Assembly: GCA_035540555.1 (NCBI GenBank)
Contig: DATLGJ010000021.1
Coordinates: 4,492 to 68,491 of the forward strand
DNA from: Candidatus Limnocylindrales bacterium
GTDB taxonomy: Bacteria > Chloroflexota > Limnocylindria > Limnocylindrales > CSP1-4
Length of the DNA: 64,000 nucleotides
Direction: 5' to 3'
The notes below the pieces were generated by a model. The model was not told where the DNA came from. It was given only the letters and a program-made list of their open reading frames with translations, and made no database searches. Position 1 is the first letter of the stretch. Each line of letters begins with the position of its first letter. This document shows positions 45,901 to 55,701 of this stretch, piece after piece. A program made the translations under genes and the position numbers.

Positions 45901-46730
45901 TGTCAAGGGGTATTCTTCGCCGCGTGTTTACCGTCGGTGCGTTTGCCAGCCTGAGTGGCGTTTCCGCCAAGGCCCTCCGCGCTTACGACGAGATCGGACT
46001 CTTCAAGCCCGCCTGGGTAGACCCGCAGAACGGTTACCGCCTCTACTCGCCTGCCCAGCTTCCCGAGATCCGCCGCATCGTCGCCCTGCGCAGCGTGGGC
46101 ATGGGGCTGGCCGACATCGCAAAACTGCTTTCAGGGGGCGACGACCTGCGCGCGGCACTGGACCGCCGGCGCGCCGAGCTCGAATCCGAGCGGCAGCAGG
46201 TCGAGGCGCGGCTCGCCGCCCTGGGCATTCATGTCGAGCTGGCAGCCGCCGGCGACAAGCCAGACGTGGTCATACGGCCTGTCGCGGCCCAGCCGATTGC
46301 GGCTCTGGCAATGTCGCTCGTTCCGAATGGCAACGTGGAGCGCGCCTATTACGAGCTGGAGGCCTACGTCCGCGATGCTGGACGCCGCGCTCCGCGACCG
46401 CCGGGCCTGATCGCGTCCAATGGCGAGGACGGCGCAGAAATATTCGTACCGCTCACCGGGCCGATTGCGCCAACCGAGCGCATACGGTATCGCCGCCTTG
46501 CCGCGATGCGGATGGCGACGACGCTGCACCACGGCTCCTACGCCACGCTTCCCGACACCGTCGGCGAGCTCGAAGAGTGGGTCCGTGGCGCCGGCCTGAC
46601 CATTGCGGGGCCCCTTCACATCCTGTACCTGCAGTTCGGCGCGGAGCCGGAGCTGCGCATTCCCCGCGGGTACGTCGTGGAGGACTCGACCGACTACCTC
46701 ACCGAGGTGCAGCTGCCCATCGGCGATTGA
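45900..46730 (+). CDS. MerR-family transcriptional regulator with GyrI-like effector-binding domain
   Basis: The HTH reads FTVGAFASLSGVSAKALRAYDEIGLFKP...YRLYS and is followed by a coiled coil. The C-terminal domain is GyrI-like (HHGSYATLPDTVGELEEWV). The start could be GTG 45879, ATG 45900 or a downstream GTG. Confidence 0.8.
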   Translation: MSRGILRRVFTVGAFASLSGVSAKALRAYDEIGLFKPAWVDPQNGYRLYSPAQLPEIRRIVALRSVGMGLADIAKLLSGGDDLRAALDRRRAELESERQQVEARLAALGIHVELAAAGDKPDVVIRPVAAQPIAALAMSLVPNGNVERAYYELEAYVRDAGRRAPRPPGLIASNGEDGAEIFVPLTGPIAPTERIRYRRLAAMRMATTLHHGSYATLPDTVGELEEWVRGAGLTIAGPLHILYLQFGAEPELRIPRGYVVEDSTDYLTEVQLPIGD

Positions 46731-46747
46731 AGTCCCGCCGGCTTCGC

Positions 46748-47632
46748 TCAGTAGTGCTCGGGCACGAATTTCTGCTCTCCCAGGGGCGGACGCACGTAGG
46801 CCCGGTCAGGCTCGCGTGGCGGTAGCTCGATGGCTTCGGGCGTGAGGTCTCGGTAGGGTATGAGCTCGAGCAGGTGGCGGATGACATTGAGGCGCGCGCG
46901 CTTCTTGTTGTCGGCGTTGACCACGTACCACGGGGACTGGTCCGTGTCGGTGTGGGCGAACATGGTGTCCTTCGCCTGTGAGTACTCCACCCAGCGAGCG
47001 CGCGACTCGAGATCCATCGGGCTCAGCTTCCAGCGCCTGGTGGGATCCTTGATGCGCTTCTGGAAACGGCGCTCCTGCTCGGCGTCACTCACGCTGAACC
47101 AGTACTTGATGAGAGTGATTCCAGACCGGATGAGCATGGCCTCGAACTCTGGGCAGGCGCGCAGGAACTCCTCGTACTCGTCGTCGGTACAGAACCCCAT
47201 CACCCGTTCAACGCCCGCGCGGTTGTACCAGCTGCGGTCGAACAGGACCATCTCGCCCGCCGCCGGCAGCTGCGCCACGTAGCGCTGGAAGTACCACTGC
47301 GTCTTCTCGCGCTCAGTCGGCGTGCCGAGCGCAACCACGCGCGCATAGCGGGGATTGAGGCGCAGGGTGATCGTCTTGATGGCCCCGCCTTTGCCGGCAG
47401 CGTCTCGGCCCTCGAACAGCACGACGACCTTGAGGCCACTGTGCCTGATCCACTCCTGCAGCTTGACCAGCTCGACGTGCAGCCGGTCGAGCTCGCGCGC
47501 GTACTCCTTGTTGGTCATCTTCCTGGGCGGCGCATCCGACTCGTCAAGCCGATCTGGCGAGATGGAGTCCGCCTCGGGCCTCTCTGCAGAGGCGTCATCT
47601 TCGGCGTGCGGCGCGTCGCTTTTGTTCGTCAT
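46748..47632 (-). CDS. ppk2: polyphosphate kinase 2
   Basis: The motifs are VVLFEGRDAAGKGG (Walker A), QWYFQRY and FDRSWYNRAGVERV. It is a single-domain PPK2. Confidence 0.9.
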   Translation of the reverse strand: MTNKSDAPHAEDDASAERPEADSISPDRLDESDAPPRKMTNKEYARELDRLHVELVKLQEWIRHSGLKVVVLFEGRDAAGKGGAIKTITLRLNPRYARVVALGTPTEREKTQWYFQRYVAQLPAAGEMVLFDRSWYNRAGVERVMGFCTDDEYEEFLRACPEFEAMLIRSGITLIKYWFSVSDAEQERRFQKRIKDPTRRWKLSPMDLESRARWVEYSQAKDTMFAHTDTDQSPWYVVNADNKKRARLNVIRHLLELIPYRDLTPEAIELPPREPDRAYVRPPLGEQKFVPEHY

Positions 47633-47754
47633 CGGATGAGGTTGGGCGCAGGCGTGCGTTTGGTCAACCCGTGAAAGCCAATCGTCGTCGCCATCCCCGA
47701 GCTACAGCAATGGCGCGGACACTCTGTGGCATCACGCGCCGGTATTCTGGCCCG

Positions 47755-48648
47755 ATGCGTGTAGGACTCGTACTTCCGATCGGTGAGCGTGGCGATCCGC
47801 CACGCGCCACCCCGTACCGCGACATGCGCGAGCTCGCCGTCCAGGCAGAGAACAGCGGGCTGGACTCGATCTGGGTCGCCGACCACCTCTTCTACGCGCC
47901 GGAGGGTGAGAAACCGCGCGGGATGTGGGAGGCATGGACGGTGCTTGCGGCGCTGGCCGATGCGACGCGGCGAGTCGAGCTCGGCCCACTGGTGCTGTGC
48001 GGCCCATTCCGCAACCCCGGCCTGCTGGCCTGGATGGCCAACACGCTCGACGAGGTCAGCGGAGGCAGGCTCGTGCTCGGCCTGGGCGCCGGCTGGCACG
48101 AGCCTGAGTTTGAAGCCTTCGGCTTCGAGTTCGAGCGGCGGGTGAGCTACTTCGAGGACATGCTGGAGATCACCGTGCCGCTGCTGCGGGAGGGCCGTGT
48201 CGCGCATGACGGCCAGCTCACCAGCGGGCACGGCGAGCTCCGGCCGCGGGGTCCCCGCGAGGGTGGCCCGCCAATCCTGATTGCCGCTGTTCGGCCGCGA
48301 ATGATGCGGCTGACTGCGCGGTGGGCGGATCGCTTCAACACGGTCTGGTATGGCCGCCCTAATGAGGCCTTCTTCGACGATCGACGTCAGCTCGAGCAGG
48401 CCTGCGAGGACATCGGCCGGGACGTCAGCGAGATCCAGGTGACTGCCGGCGTGCAGGTCGCCGGCGAGCTGACTCTCGATAGTGTTGCCCGCTCCGAGAA
48501 CACGCTCTCCGGCTCAGCCGAGCGGGTCGCCGACGGCCTGAACGCCTGGCGGGAGCAGGGCGTCCAGGAGGTGATGTGCCGGATCGACCCGGCTACTCCG
48601 CAGATGGTCGAGCGCATCGCCCGCGCGAAGGACCTTCTCGACGCCTGA
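47755..48648 (+). CDS. LLM-class (luciferase-like) flavin/F420-dependent oxidoreductase
   Basis: The motifs are LDSIWVADHLF and NPGLLAWMANTLDEVSGGRLVLGLGAGW. The start was taken at ATG 47755 (MRVGLVLP). Confidence 0.78.
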   Translation: MRVGLVLPIGERGDPPRATPYRDMRELAVQAENSGLDSIWVADHLFYAPEGEKPRGMWEAWTVLAALADATRRVELGPLVLCGPFRNPGLLAWMANTLDEVSGGRLVLGLGAGWHEPEFEAFGFEFERRVSYFEDMLEITVPLLREGRVAHDGQLTSGHGELRPRGPREGGPPILIAAVRPRMMRLTARWADRFNTVWYGRPNEAFFDDRRQLEQACEDIGRDVSEIQVTAGVQVAGELTLDSVARSENTLSGSAERVADGLNAWREQGVQEVMCRIDPATPQMVERIARAKDLLDA

Positions 48649-48666
48649 ACGCCGCTACGCCCCTTA

Positions 48667-49275
48667 TCAGTAGCCCCGGTCGCGCAACAGCCTGCCCATG
48701 GCCCGCGCCGCCTCCGCGCGGTGCGAGATGGCGTTTTTCTGGGCGGGGGTCAGCTGGCCGACCGTCCGGCCCCCGATCGGCTCATCGGCCGGCTCGAAGA
48801 TCGGGTCGTAGCCAAAGCCACCCGCCCCGCGTGGCTCAAGCGCGATGCGGCCCTCCAGCGATCCGTCGCTGACCTCGACCACGTCGTCGGGCCCCACGAA
48901 GGCCAGCACGCAGCGGTACCGTGCCCCGCGCTGCTCGGGCGGTACGCCCGCCAGAAGCCGCAGAAGGTGCATGTTGTTCTGGTCGTCGGTGGCGTCCTCG
49001 CCGGCGAAACGGCGGGTGCGCACCCCCGGCCGGCCGTCGAGGTGGTCGACCTCCAGCCCGGAGTCGTCGGCCAGCGTCGGCAGCCCCGACAGGCGGGCAT
49101 ACCAGAGCGCCTTGAAGCGGGCGTTCTCCTCGAATGTCTCGCCGTCCTCCGGCGCATCGCCGGCCAGGCCCAGGTCCGCCAGCGAGACAAGCTCCGTCGC
49201 GGGCAGCTCGAGCAGCTCGCGCAGCTCGTCAAGCTTGTGCTGCGAGCCGGTTGCCACGAGGAGCCGGCGGCTCAC
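48667..49275 (-). CDS. rdgB: non-canonical purine NTP pyrophosphatase (RdgB/HAM1)
   Basis: The motifs are [26 protein letters not shown] and GFGYDPIF...[12 protein letters not shown]. Confidence 0.9.
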   Translation of the reverse strand: MSRRLLVATGSQHKLDELRELLELPATELVSLADLGLAGDAPEDGETFEENARFKALWYARLSGLPTLADDSGLEVDHLDGRPGVRTRRFAGEDATDDQNNMHLLRLLAGVPPEQRGARYRCVLAFVGPDDVVEVSDGSLEGRIALEPRGAGGFGYDPIFEPADEPIGGRTVGQLTPAQKNAISHRAEAARAMGRLLRDRGY

Positions 49276-49997
49276 GACTTGGCGAGCACCTCACGCTGGG
49301 CGGCGAAGAGCCGCTGAAGGCCCTCGTCGGCAAGGCCCAGCAGAGCGTCCATGCCGGCCCGGTTGAAGGGCTTGCCCTCGGCCGTGCCCTGCACCTCGAC
49401 GTACTCGCCGGCGTCTGTGCCGACGACGTTGAAATCGACCTCCGCGCGGGAGTCCTCCGAATAGTCGAGGTCGAGCAGCGGCACGCCATCGACGATGCCG
49501 ACGCTGATCGCGGCAACCTGGCCGGTGAGCGCGCGCTCGGTGCCGATCTTGCGCAGGGCCAGCGCCAGCGCCACGTAGCCACCCGTTATCGAGGCCGTCC
49601 GGGTTCCGCCATCCGCCTGCAGGACGTCGCAGTCGACCGTCACCGTGCGCTCGCCGGTCTTGGAGGTGTCGACCACGCCGCGCAGGGCGCGCCCAATGAG
49701 CCGCTGGATCTCCATCGTGCGGCCCCCCTGGCGGCCCTTGACCACCTCGCGCTGGGTGCGCTCGTTGGTGGCTCGGGGAAGCATGTTGTACTCGGCGGTC
49801 ACCCAGCCGAGACCCTTGCCGCGAAGATGCGGCGGGATCCGGTCCTCGATCGTCGCCGCGCAGAGCACGCGTGTGTCGCCCATCTCGATGATGCACGAGC
49901 CTTCGGCCCACTTCTGCACGTCGAGCGCGATGCGCAGCTTGCGGAACTGGCGCGGGCTGCGCCCGTCGTTGCGGAACTGGCCTCCACCGATGCTCAC
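49272..49997 (-). CDS. rph: ribonuclease PH
   Basis: The motifs are [45 protein letters not shown] and [17 protein letters not shown]. The GTG start at 49997 overlaps the mazG stop (GTGA). Confidence 0.92.
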   Translation of the reverse strand: MSIGGGQFRNDGRSPRQFRKLRIALDVQKWAEGSCIIEMGDTRVLCAATIEDRIPPHLRGKGLGWVTAEYNMLPRATNERTQREVVKGRQGGRTMEIQRLIGRALRGVVDTSKTGERTVTVDCDVLQADGGTRTASITGGYVALALALRKIGTERALTGQVAAISVGIVDGVPLLDLDYSEDSRAEVDFNVVGTDAGEYVEVQGTAEGKPFNRAGMDALLGLADEGLQRLFAAQREVLAKS

Positions 49998-51190
49998 CTG
50001 GCTCCCTCCAGCGATCCCTGCTTGGCCTCGCGCCACAGATCATCCAGTTGCTCGAGCGTCATTTCCCGCAGCGCCAGCCCTCGCTCGGCGGCAAGCCGCT
50101 CGACCGCGGCGAAGCGATCAGCGAACTTGGCGCTCGCCGAGCGCAGGGCCGCCTCGGCGTCGATCCCGAGCCGGCGGGCCAGGTTGACGATGACCAGCAG
50201 CAGGTCGCCGAGCTCCTCGCGGCGCGCACCATCATCCGTGGCTGCGGCGAGCTCGGCCGACTCCTCGGCGATCTTCTCGATCACACCTTCGACCGACGGC
50301 CAGTCGTAGCCGAGCGCTGCCGCCCGACCCTGGATCTCCTGCGCATAGGCCAGCGCCGGGAGCGACCTCGACAACCCGGCGAAGGCAGCCGGCATGGCCG
50401 GGTCGACCGGCGCCGGCTGCCGACCGGGGCTGGCAGCAACGCCGTTGCTCGTCGCCTGCTCGGCGCGCTCGTCGGCCTTGATCTGCTCCCAGTTGCGGAT
50501 CACCTCGTCGGCCGTGCCGGCGACCGCGTCGCCGAAGACATGCGGGTGGCGGCGGATGATCTTGGTCATCGTCGAGCGAGTTACGTCGGTCAGGTCGAAG
50601 ACGCCGGCCTCCGCGCCATAGTGGGCGTGGAGGACCACCTGCAGCAACAGGTCGCCCAGCTCCCCGGCCAGCGCCGGCGTGGACCCCTGCTCGAGGGCGT
50701 CGTAGACCTCGTACGCCTCTTCGAGCAGGAACGGCCGCAGCGACAGGTGATCCTGCTCGCGGTCCCAGGGGCAGCCGCCGGGTGCGCGCAGCCGTGCGAC
50801 GAGCCAGGGCAGCCCGTGCGGGCTGGCCACGTTCAGGATCGGCTCCAGCGCCGGCAGCAGGTACGCATCCACCTCGAGCGACTCCACGCTGAGCCGTCCG
50901 ACGACCGTATCGGCTGCTCCGGCGAGACCATGCGCGGGGTGATCAGCCGGGTAGAGCGATCGAAGCAGCTCCGCGGCATCGGTGGCATGGGCAGCCCGGC
51001 CAGGCATGGCAACCGACGCCTTATCGTCAGCCTGCTCATCGTCCATCGCTGAACGGGCCGCCGGTGCCAGGATCAGCGCCAGCCCTGGGTCGAACGGGCG
51101 GCGCGCCAGTGCATCAGCGCTCAGCACCTGGACGCCGTCAGCCGCACTCAGGCCAAAGCGGCGTGTCGCCTCATCGAGCAGGCGGTGCAT
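49994..51190 (-). CDS. mazG: MazG-family nucleoside triphosphate pyrophosphohydrolase with a short N-terminal methylase-like remnant
   Basis: Two MazG repeats are present (CPWDREQ...[15 protein letters not shown] and ..[22 protein letters not shown]). About 130 aa precede them and resemble only the C-terminal part of the YabN-type tetrapyrrole-methylase-like domain. Confidence 0.82.
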   Translation of the reverse strand: MHRLLDEATRRFGLSAADGVQVLSADALARRPFDPGLALILAPAARSAMDDEQADDKASVAMPGRAAHATDAAELLRSLYPADHPAHGLAGAADTVVGRLSVESLEVDAYLLPALEPILNVASPHGLPWLVARLRAPGGCPWDREQDHLSLRPFLLEEAYEVYDALEQGSTPALAGELGDLLLQVVLHAHYGAEAGVFDLTDVTRSTMTKIIRRHPHVFGDAVAGTADEVIRNWEQIKADERAEQATSNGVAASPGRQPAPVDPAMPAAFAGLSRSLPALAYAQEIQGRAAALGYDWPSVEGVIEKIAEESAELAAATDDGARREELGDLLLVIVNLARRLGIDAEAALRSASAKFADRFAAVERLAAERGLALREMTLEQLDDLWREAKQGSLEGAR

Positions 51191-51238
51191 CGGTCCAGCC
51201 TAGCGCGACTGCCGCCGGGGAATGTCCCGCGCACCTGC

Positions 51239-53155
51239 TCAGGGCAGCTCCCCATCGTCGATGGCGGGGTCCTCGTCCGGGCCGAAGCCCTCATCCAAGC
51301 CGGGCTCTTCGTCGATACCGGGGACCTCCCCCGGCTCCTCGCCGAAATCGATGCCCGGATCGGTGTCCGGCTCCTGGTCGGTCCGCCGAATTGTGCCGTC
51401 CGCCTCGGCCTGGTCCTTGCGGTCGGCGTACCAGTCATCGAAGTGGCCGGTGCCGGTGCCCGGCTGGCCGCGGATGAAGCGGGCCATGTCGGCATCGATC
51501 TCTCGCTCGGCCCGCTCCACGACCCTGAAGACGTGCGTCGAGTTGCCCAGCCCTATCGGGTCGGCGATGCCGCCGGTTTCGAGCGCAAAGACGGTGTCGC
51601 CCACCTCGTCCTGGATCTGGTTGAGCATCGCCCGGGTAAACCAGCCGATCTCGCCACCCTCGTCTCGGCTCTGAGTGTCGTCGGAGTACTCCTCGACCAG
51701 CGCCTCCCAGTCGATGGTCGGCTGATCCAGAGCCTCGCGCAGCTGCGCCAGGCGTTCCGCCGGCGGGTCGAGGCGCTCATGGAACCAGAGCAGGTAGTAG
51801 CCGTTCTCGGCGCGCACCGGCCCGATCAGCGTCTCTTCTTCGTGCTGCTGGTCGAACAGCGCGTCGGCCACCTCCGACGGTGGAATTTCACGGGTCACGG
51901 CGCCCGCGTCGCCACCTTCGGCCGCGCTGCCTTCACTGTCGCTCTGCTCGCGTGCGATCTCCCGAAAGCGCTCGAGCTGCTCGGTCTCGTCCTCGATGGC
52001 CTCCAGCTCGTCGGCGACCTGCTGGGCCTGCTGCTCCGCCTCTGCCCAGGCGGGGTCGTCCTCGTCGAGGTTGGGAGCCTCGATCGGATCGTCGCCCGGC
52101 GAGAACAGGATCTCGCTGTAGCGGACCTCGTCCTGGTCCTCACCGCCTATCTCGTCGTCGGGCGAGACGTTGTCAATGCGGATGTGGGCCAGTCGCACCT
52201 GCTCGTGCGTACCCTCGAGCGCCTCGGCCGTCACCCGCTGCTCGAGCCGCTCGGCGGCAATCTCCCAGGCAAGGAACTGGCGATAGGTCTCGATCGACAG
52301 CCGCTCCTGCACGCGCGACCGGAAGACCTGGTCCTCGGTGCCCGGCCGGACCTCGACCAGCTGCCCGATGTAGTAGTTGCCGTCCTGTCCGCGGATGACC
52401 TGGGTATGCTCGTTCGGCTCGAGCTCGAAGAGCCGGTTGAGCAAGGCGAAATCGAGCGGGTTGAAGCGGGAGATGAAGCCCAGGTCCCCGCCTTCGGCCA
52501 AGCTGTCGTCGTTGCCGAACTCTGCCTCAACCTGCTCGAATGGAACGCCCTGCTGCAGCTGCGCAAGAGCCTGGCCCGCTCTCTCGCGGGCGGCTCGCTG
52601 CTGGCCGAACGTGGGACCGGTCGCCCCTTCGGAGGTCTCCGGCTCGATCGAGATGACGCGCACATGGCGTCGCTCCACGCCGGACATCTCGCGGGCCTCG
52701 CGCGCGGCCACTTCCTCCTGGCTGACGGTGATGTCCATCTCGGCCGCGAGCTGCGACTGGTAGACAAGGTCGATCAGGCTCTCGGTGGAGGTGAAGCGCA
52801 ATTCCTCGCGACGGGTCGAGAGCTCCTGCAGCCTGGTTGCGGCCTGGCTCGATGTCAGCTCGTCAGCGGCCCGGGCCTCGACGACCCGATCCTCCTCGCG
52901 GGTGAGGCGCAGCAGCTCCAGGCTGGCTCGATCGCGAACCAGACCGGGCGAGACCTCAAACCCACCGACGTTCGCCACCGCCCGGATGTTGGTCTGGTAG
53001 AAGTTCAGCGCCCACGCACCGAGCAGCAGCAGCACCAGCAGTCCGATGACGGCGGCGAAGCCACCCACGATCAGCGCGCTCCGACGGTCCTCGTCACCGA
53101 GCGAGAAGCGCGAGCGGCGGCGCGTGGTCGGTCGAAGGCGTGACGGCGTGGTCAT
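51239..53155 (-). CDS. membrane-anchored peptidyl-prolyl isomerase (PpiD/PrsA/SurA-like, two parvulin-like modules)
   Basis: One N-terminal TM helix is present (ALIVGGFAAVIGLLVLLLLGAWAL). Chaperone-like helices are followed by two parvulin-like cores (GGDLGFISR.. and GGEIGWFTR..). The extreme C-terminus is an acidic tail with PGID/EEPG repeats. Confidence 0.7.
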   Translation of the reverse strand: MTTPSRLRPTTRRRSRFSLGDEDRRSALIVGGFAAVIGLLVLLLLGAWALNFYQTNIRAVANVGGFEVSPGLVRDRASLELLRLTREEDRVVEARAADELTSSQAATRLQELSTRREELRFTSTESLIDLVYQSQLAAEMDITVSQEEVAAREAREMSGVERRHVRVISIEPETSEGATGPTFGQQRAARERAGQALAQLQQGVPFEQVEAEFGNDDSLAEGGDLGFISRFNPLDFALLNRLFELEPNEHTQVIRGQDGNYYIGQLVEVRPGTEDQVFRSRVQERLSIETYRQFLAWEIAAERLEQRVTAEALEGTHEQVRLAHIRIDNVSPDDEIGGEDQDEVRYSEILFSPGDDPIEAPNLDEDDPAWAEAEQQAQQVADELEAIEDETEQLERFREIAREQSDSEGSAAEGGDAGAVTREIPPSEVADALFDQQHEEETLIGPVRAENGYYLLWFHERLDPPAERLAQLREALDQPTIDWEALVEEYSDDTQSRDEGGEIGWFTRAMLNQIQDEVGDTVFALETGGIADPIGLGNSTHVFRVVERAEREIDADMARFIRGQPGTGTGHFDDWYADRKDQAEADGTIRRTDQEPDTDPGIDFGEEPGEVPGIDEEPGLDEGFGPDEDPAIDDGELP

Positions 53156-53175
53156 GGGCTCCGGTCTCGAACGCT

Positions 53176-53595
53176 TCAGCGACGCCGGAGGACGGCGAGG
53201 GCTATCCCAAACGCCCCGCCCAGTGCCGCCGCCGCGCGCCAGTCGAGCAGCGGACGAACGTCGCCGCCGACGCTGCGAGCGATTATCAGCATCGCGTTGG
53301 AGCCGCCCTCGAAGGTCATCTCGTCGGCCGCGGCCGCGCCCACGCTTGAGCCACCGCGCAAGTGGATCCGGCGCGCTCGTGCCAGTCCGACGCCCCCCTG
53401 GCTGACCGAGAGCTCGTTCGCGCTGACCCTGGCGGCGCCGCCCTTGGTGATGCTGACGGTGGTGGCCTGGATCGAGTTGGCGCCGCCCCGGCTCAGCTCG
53501 ACGTGCTCGGCGCGTAGGTCATCGGGGCGCGGCTGCCCGTCGGCGGTGACTGTCTGGGTCAAGTGACGATCTCCTGACGCTCTCTGCGTGCGCAA
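53176..53595 (-). CDS. tail-anchored protein with about five 15-aa GG-containing repeats, unknown function
   Basis: The units are VELSRGGANSIQATT, VSITKGGAARVSANE, LSVSQGGVGLARARR, IHLRGGSSVGAAAADE and MTFEGGSNAMLIIARS. A C-terminal hydrophobic helix (AAAALGGAFGIALAVL-RRR) follows. Confidence 0.5.
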   Translation of the reverse strand: MRTQRASGDRHLTQTVTADGQPRPDDLRAEHVELSRGGANSIQATTVSITKGGAARVSANELSVSQGGVGLARARRIHLRGGSSVGAAAADEMTFEGGSNAMLIIARSVGGDVRPLLDWRAAAALGGAFGIALAVLRRR

Positions 53596-53634
53596 CAGCC
53601 TACCCCGAGACGCCCGATGGCGCAGCCGGCCCGG

Positions 53635-54870
53635 TCAAGTCGGCGGCGATTTGACGCTCGCCCGGGCAGCGTCGGCGTAGACCTGGCGGGTCTCACGGGC
53701 CACGTCACGCCAGCGGCGCTCATCCGCCTCCGCTCGCCTGCGGGCCGCCCCACGGATCTGTTCGGCCAGTGGGCCTCCCGCCCACAGCGCATCGATCGCC
53801 GATGCCATCCGCCGTGGATCTCGCGGCTCGACGATGACGCCTGCCCCACCGACTTGCTCGGGCAGCGCGCCGGCTCTCGAGCAGATCACCGGCACCCCCA
53901 CCGACAGGGCCTCGAGCACCGGCAGCCCGGTCGCCTCGGACAGGGCAGGGTAGACGAAGCCCGTCGCCCCCCCGACCAGGGCGGCCAGCTCGGTGCGCGA
54001 CAGGTCGGGCAGGACCACCGCCCTGGACGTCGCTCGGGCGCGGTCCACCGCCCGCTGAAGAGCGGCCTGGTCCGAGCTGGCGTCATATCTGCCGGCCAGG
54101 GCGACAAAGGGTCCGTCCTCCGCCCCTGCACCGGCAGATGACAGCGCCGCAAGGAAGGTGGCCATGTCCTTGCGCGCGTCATAGCGTCCTCCGAATACCA
54201 GGTAACGCTCGGGCAGCCCGAAGCGACGGCGCAGCGCAGCCTGCATTGCGCGGTCTCGCCCGGCTTCTCGAAAGTCGTCGTCCACGGCCAGTGGTACCAC
54301 CGCGACGCGGGCTTCGGGGACGTGCAGCAGCCGCCGCGCCGCGTCGCCGGTTGCGCGCGAGCAGACGATCAGCCGAGCTGCGTCCTGCAGGATCCGTGCC
54401 CGCAGGCGATGACCGAAGCGCGCTGCCGGGGTGGCCGCATAGACGTTCGGCAGCTCCCAGGGGGCCAGGTCCAGCACGGTCGCGACCAGAGGCAGGCGCG
54501 ATGCCAGCGGCGTCGCCCCGCCGGCGCTGTGGTAGACGGCACCACGCGTGCCGACCTCCGCGCCGCGCAGCAGGAACGAGTCGAGGGTCAGGCCGGCCGA
54601 GCGCAGCACTTTGCCCGTCGGCGGCAGCAGCCGCCGGCCCTCGACGGCCAGCCCCTGTTGCTCGAGCTGCTGTGAGGGATCGGCGCGCATCGTCCGGGCA
54701 ATCGTGACGAACGACTCGCCGGGAAGCGGATCCGCCGCAAAAGCCTGTGTCAGCCGGCCGAGGTATTCGGCGGTGATCGGCATCCGCTCCGGCTCCTGCA
54801 ACGGCCGCAGGTCGATGACCACGCGCGTCGGCGGCAGATCGGGCAGCGGCACGGGCTCCAGCCGTGCCAT
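53635..54870 (-). CDS. glycosyltransferase family 1 (GT4-type, GT-B fold)
   Basis: The C-terminal domain reads YLVFGGRYDARKD...FVYPALSEATGLPVLEALSVGVPVI (E-x7-E region). The start was taken at ATG 54870, sharing one base with the upstream stop (TGATG). Confidence 0.8.
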   Translation of the reverse strand: MARLEPVPLPDLPPTRVVIDLRPLQEPERMPITAEYLGRLTQAFAADPLPGESFVTIARTMRADPSQQLEQQGLAVEGRRLLPPTGKVLRSAGLTLDSFLLRGAEVGTRGAVYHSAGGATPLASRLPLVATVLDLAPWELPNVYAATPAARFGHRLRARILQDAARLIVCSRATGDAARRLLHVPEARVAVVPLAVDDDFREAGRDRAMQAALRRRFGLPERYLVFGGRYDARKDMATFLAALSSAGAGAEDGPFVALAGRYDASSDQAALQRAVDRARATSRAVVLPDLSRTELAALVGGATGFVYPALSEATGLPVLEALSVGVPVICSRAGALPEQVGGAGVIVEPRDPRRMASAIDALWAGGPLAEQIRGAARRRAEADERRWRDVARETRQVYADAARASVKSPPT

Positions 54871-55595
54871 CAGCGCGGGGTCCGGCGGCGCAGCTCTTCC
54901 CAGCGCAGGCGCAGGACGACGACGAGCGCCTCGACGATGATCCGCCGCGACATCTTCGACGCGCCGGCCCGGCGGTCGACGAATACGATCGGCACCTCGC
55001 GCAGGCGGGCGCCGCGGCGGACGGCAAGGTAGGTCATCTCGATCTGGAAGACGTAGCCGCCAGAGTGCAGTCGGTGCCACGGGGTCGCCGCGAGCGTCTC
55101 GCCGCGCCACGCCTTGAAGCCGCCGGTCAGGTCGTGTGCCGGCAGGGACAGCACGAGCCGGGCGAACATGGAGCCGCCGCGCGATACGAGCCGACGCAGC
55201 AGGCCCCAGTTGCGCACGCCGCCACCGCCGACGTAGCGCGAGCCGATTACCAGGTCCGCCTCGCCGAGCGCTTCGACCAGATCGGGAAGGTGGTCGGGGT
55301 TGTGCGAGAAGTCGGCGTCCATCTGGATGACCTGCTGAGCGCCTTCGGCGAGGGCGTGGCGGAAGCCGGCGACGTAGGCCGGGCCGAGCCCTTCCTTGGC
55401 CTGCCTGTGCATGACTCGGACCCGCGGATCGGTGGCCGCCATCTGCTCAGCAATCCGGCCCGTGCCATCAGGCGACGAGTCGTCCACGACGAGGAGAGTG
55501 GCCAGCGGCAAACGGGCCAGGATCGCCGGCGCGATCACGGGCAGGTTCTCGGCCTCGTTGTACGTCGGCAGCACCACCCAGGTGCCCCCGTGCAT
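54870..55595 (-). CDS. polyprenol-phosphate mannose synthase-like GT2 glycosyltransferase
   Basis: The motifs are VVLPTYNEAENL, VVDDSSPDGT, MDADFSH and GSRY..GG...W. These are typical of Dpm1/Ppm1-type enzymes. Confidence 0.82.
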   Translation of the reverse strand: MHGGTWVVLPTYNEAENLPVIAPAILARLPLATLLVVDDSSPDGTGRIAEQMAATDPRVRVMHRQAKEGLGPAYVAGFRHALAEGAQQVIQMDADFSHNPDHLPDLVEALGEADLVIGSRYVGGGGVRNWGLLRRLVSRGGSMFARLVLSLPAHDLTGGFKAWRGETLAATPWHRLHSGGYVFQIEMTYLAVRRGARLREVPIVFVDRRAGASKMSRRIIVEALVVVLRLRWEELRRRTPR

Positions 55596-55701
55596 GGCGC
55601 TCTGCTCTGGCACGCCGGCAAGTCTAGCCGCCGCCGATCCAACCAACAGCCGCCCGGTCATGTGACCGGGCGGCTGCCTGTGGCCCCTGGGCCCCTCCGC
55701 G

